64,000 nt of DNA from Malacoraja senta (lineage: Eukaryota), in the NCBI GenBank assembly GCA_038087875.1, contig CM075995.1, forward strand, positions 3,412,001 through 3,476,000, written 5' to 3'. The notes beneath the pieces are model-generated. The model was not told the origin of the DNA and searched no databases. It saw nothing but the letters and a program-made list of their open reading frames with translations. The position numbers were made by a program, and so were the translations under genes. Below, in pieces: positions 61,841 to 64,000 of the stretch; position 1 is the stretch's first letter, and every line of letters begins with the position of its first letter.

Positions 61841-62084
61841 ACCTATTCCTTTTCTCCGGAGATGCTGTCTTACCCACTGCATTACTCTAGCTTTTTGTGT
61901 CTCTCTTTAGAAAGCTTTTATTCAGGTTGCCTTAGGATTTCAGTGCTGATCATTGCATAACAAATACATCGCAACAACTACCACTGATGATTATTTCTGC
62001 CAATGCACTATCCCCAATATCAGATGTCACTTTAGAGCAGTTTTCATCAGTGAGCTATTTTCCAATTGAATAAAGCCGTAAGGT

Positions 62085-62490
62085 CACAAGGGATAGGAAT
62101 AGAATTTGGCCATTCGGCCCATCAAGCCTACTCCGTCATTCAATCATGGCTGATCTATCTCTCCCTCCTAACCCCATTCTCCTGCCTTCTCCCCATAACC
62201 TCTGACACCCGTACTAATCAAGAATCTATCTATCTCTGCTTTAAAAATATCCACTGATGGCCTCCACAGCCTTCTGTGGCAAAGAATTCCACAGATTCAC
62301 CACCCTCTGACTAAAGAGATTTCTGCTCATCTCCTTCCTAAAAGAACGTCCTTTAATTCTGAGGCTATGACCTCTAGTCCTCGACTCTCCCACTAGTGGA
62401 AGCATCCTCTCCACATCCACTCTATCCGAGCCTTTCACTGTTCTGTGTGTTTCAATGAGGTTCCCTCTCATTCTTCTAAACTCCAGCGAA
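62085..62490 (-). mobile_element. CR1 3' fragment
   Basis: MRGNLIETHRTVKG...GESRTRGHSLRIKG...RVVNLWNSLPQ. Confidence 0.85.
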
Positions 62491-62980
62491 TTGCTGATTG
62501 TGAGAGCTAAAGTATATGTTTGCTATTCACTGTTTATACATTTCAAGTCCGTTACTAAACACTCACTGCACTGTATCACTTTAAAATTTATAATAATCAA
62601 GCTATCATTTTCCGGAAGTCCATTAAAACGAAGTCTTCGTTTTAAACCAGCATCTACATTTCCGTCCTACACATTTTATGTGTTTAGTTTAATTTAGTTT
62701 AGTTTATTGTCACGTGTACCGGAACAGTGAAAAGCTTTTATTGCATGCTAACCAGCCAGCGGAAAGTCAATACATGATTTTGTATGTTCTTGTGTCCAGT
62801 CTGAGACCATACAGTCGCAGTGTCTCTGTGGGAATATGTGCCAGAATATGAGGAACATGTAGCATAGAGTCGGAGAGCCAGGGTGCGAGCGTGTGTGTAA
62901 GTGTTGGTGCGTTAAACCAAGAGTTCCAGGAGTGTGCAACTGGAGTGTCGGTGAGAGTGAATACACAACACCAGAATGAA

Positions 62981-63163
62981 CGTTTAACAAAGAACTGCAG
63001 ATGCTGGAAAAATCGAAGGTAGACAGAAATGCTGGAGAAGCTCAGCAGGTGAGGCAGCATCTATGGAGAGAGGTCTGAGGAAGGGTTTCGACCCGAAACG
63101 TCGCCTATTTCTTCTCTCCATAGATGCTGCCTCACGCGCTGAGTTCCTCCAGCAATTTTGTCT
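62981..63163. mobile_element. Fold-back PLE-derived mini-element with a hammerhead-like core (63075-63102)
   Basis: Inverted arms; TSD ACCAGAATGAA at 62970-62980 and 63164-63174. Confidence 0.8.
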
Positions 63164-63689
63164 ACCAGAATGAATGTGATCAGTCTGAGAGTCCAGAATG
63201 AAAGTGAGAGTTCCTGTCTCAGAATATCTCAGTGGGAGGAAGCGAGTGAGAGCACTAAGGGTGCCTCACTGCCTCTTCATTTCTTCCCCAATTTTCCATA
63301 TAGTAAACACTTATAAGTGAAAAAGACAAGCTCAATAAACGCCATGAATTTCCTTTGTCCTTAGTGGTAGGGTTCAACCAACAGAACCCCAGTAAGACTT
63401 GAGTACATGGATAGACACAAAAAGTGCTGGAGTAACTCAGTGGGTCAGGCAGCATCTCTGGACAAAAATGGATAGGTGATATTTGGGGTCAGGACCTTCT
63501 TCATACTGACTTCAACATGACCTATCCATTTTCTCCAGAGATGCTGCCTGACCCGCGGAGTTGCTCCAGCATCTTGTGCCTATCTTTGGTATAAATCAGC
63601 ATCAATGCTGTTCAGGGTCATAACATTAGTTGTATATTTTCCCCTTGCATTTAACCTCCCAAAGTGCAACACGCACACTTGCTGAGATT

Positions 63690-63894
63690 AGCAGTTGTCT
63701 AGTTGCCACAACTGCTTTTGGTGCTGCTTTGGAGAGGGGTCGGTGTGGAAGAGGGGGTGGAAGATTGCAGCCTTCACGTGGTCCGCCCTGTTTTGACGAA
63801 TGCAATCAACCTGGCGTGCACAATCAAATAAGATCAAATAGAACAAGTTGTCCTGCAACTTTAGGCTGTGCATGCCATACGCAAGAAGAAGAAG
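63690..63894 (+). mobile_element. Non-LTR 3' end with a GCCATACGCAAGAAGAAGAAG tail (possibly Ingi/Vingi-related)
   Basis: Terminal motif and (AAG)n tail; 5' boundary uncertain. Confidence 0.4.
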
Positions 63895-64000
63895 GTGTGG
63901 AAGAACACAAACAAAGGAAGAGGAATGGTGGAGTTAAAGGAAAAAAATCTAAACCAGCAAGAAAACAGGAACTGAGAGAAGTAAATGCTGGAAATCTGAA

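Overview
Non-coding, repeat-saturated vertebrate DNA. The repeat set (HE1-like tRNA-derived V-SINEs sharing a 3' tail with CR1/HER1-like LINEs) points to a cartilaginous fish, probably a skate or ray; this is an inference from repeat content. I found no host exon, rRNA, functional tRNA or CRISPR array, and all long ORFs are retroelement fragments or tandem-repeat artefacts. The window holds many CR1, Rex1/Babar, L2, L1, RTE and Penelope (PLE) remnants, four PIF/Harbinger-type MITEs, one hAT MITE, one unclassified TIR element, non-autonomous Helitrons carrying minisatellites, and two DIRS (tyrosine-recombinase) retrotransposons. There is a 200-N gap at 33222-33421. Most notable: (1) the two DIRS elements appear to have exchanged 3' halves, implying a ~25.5-kb inversion (~33940-59401); (2) the DIRS leaders share paired covarying hairpins and tandem splice donors; (3) ~180-250-bp fold-back PLE derivatives with TSDs carry minimal hammerhead-ribozyme cores; (4) one ~30-bp segment of the SINE has received six independent insertions.
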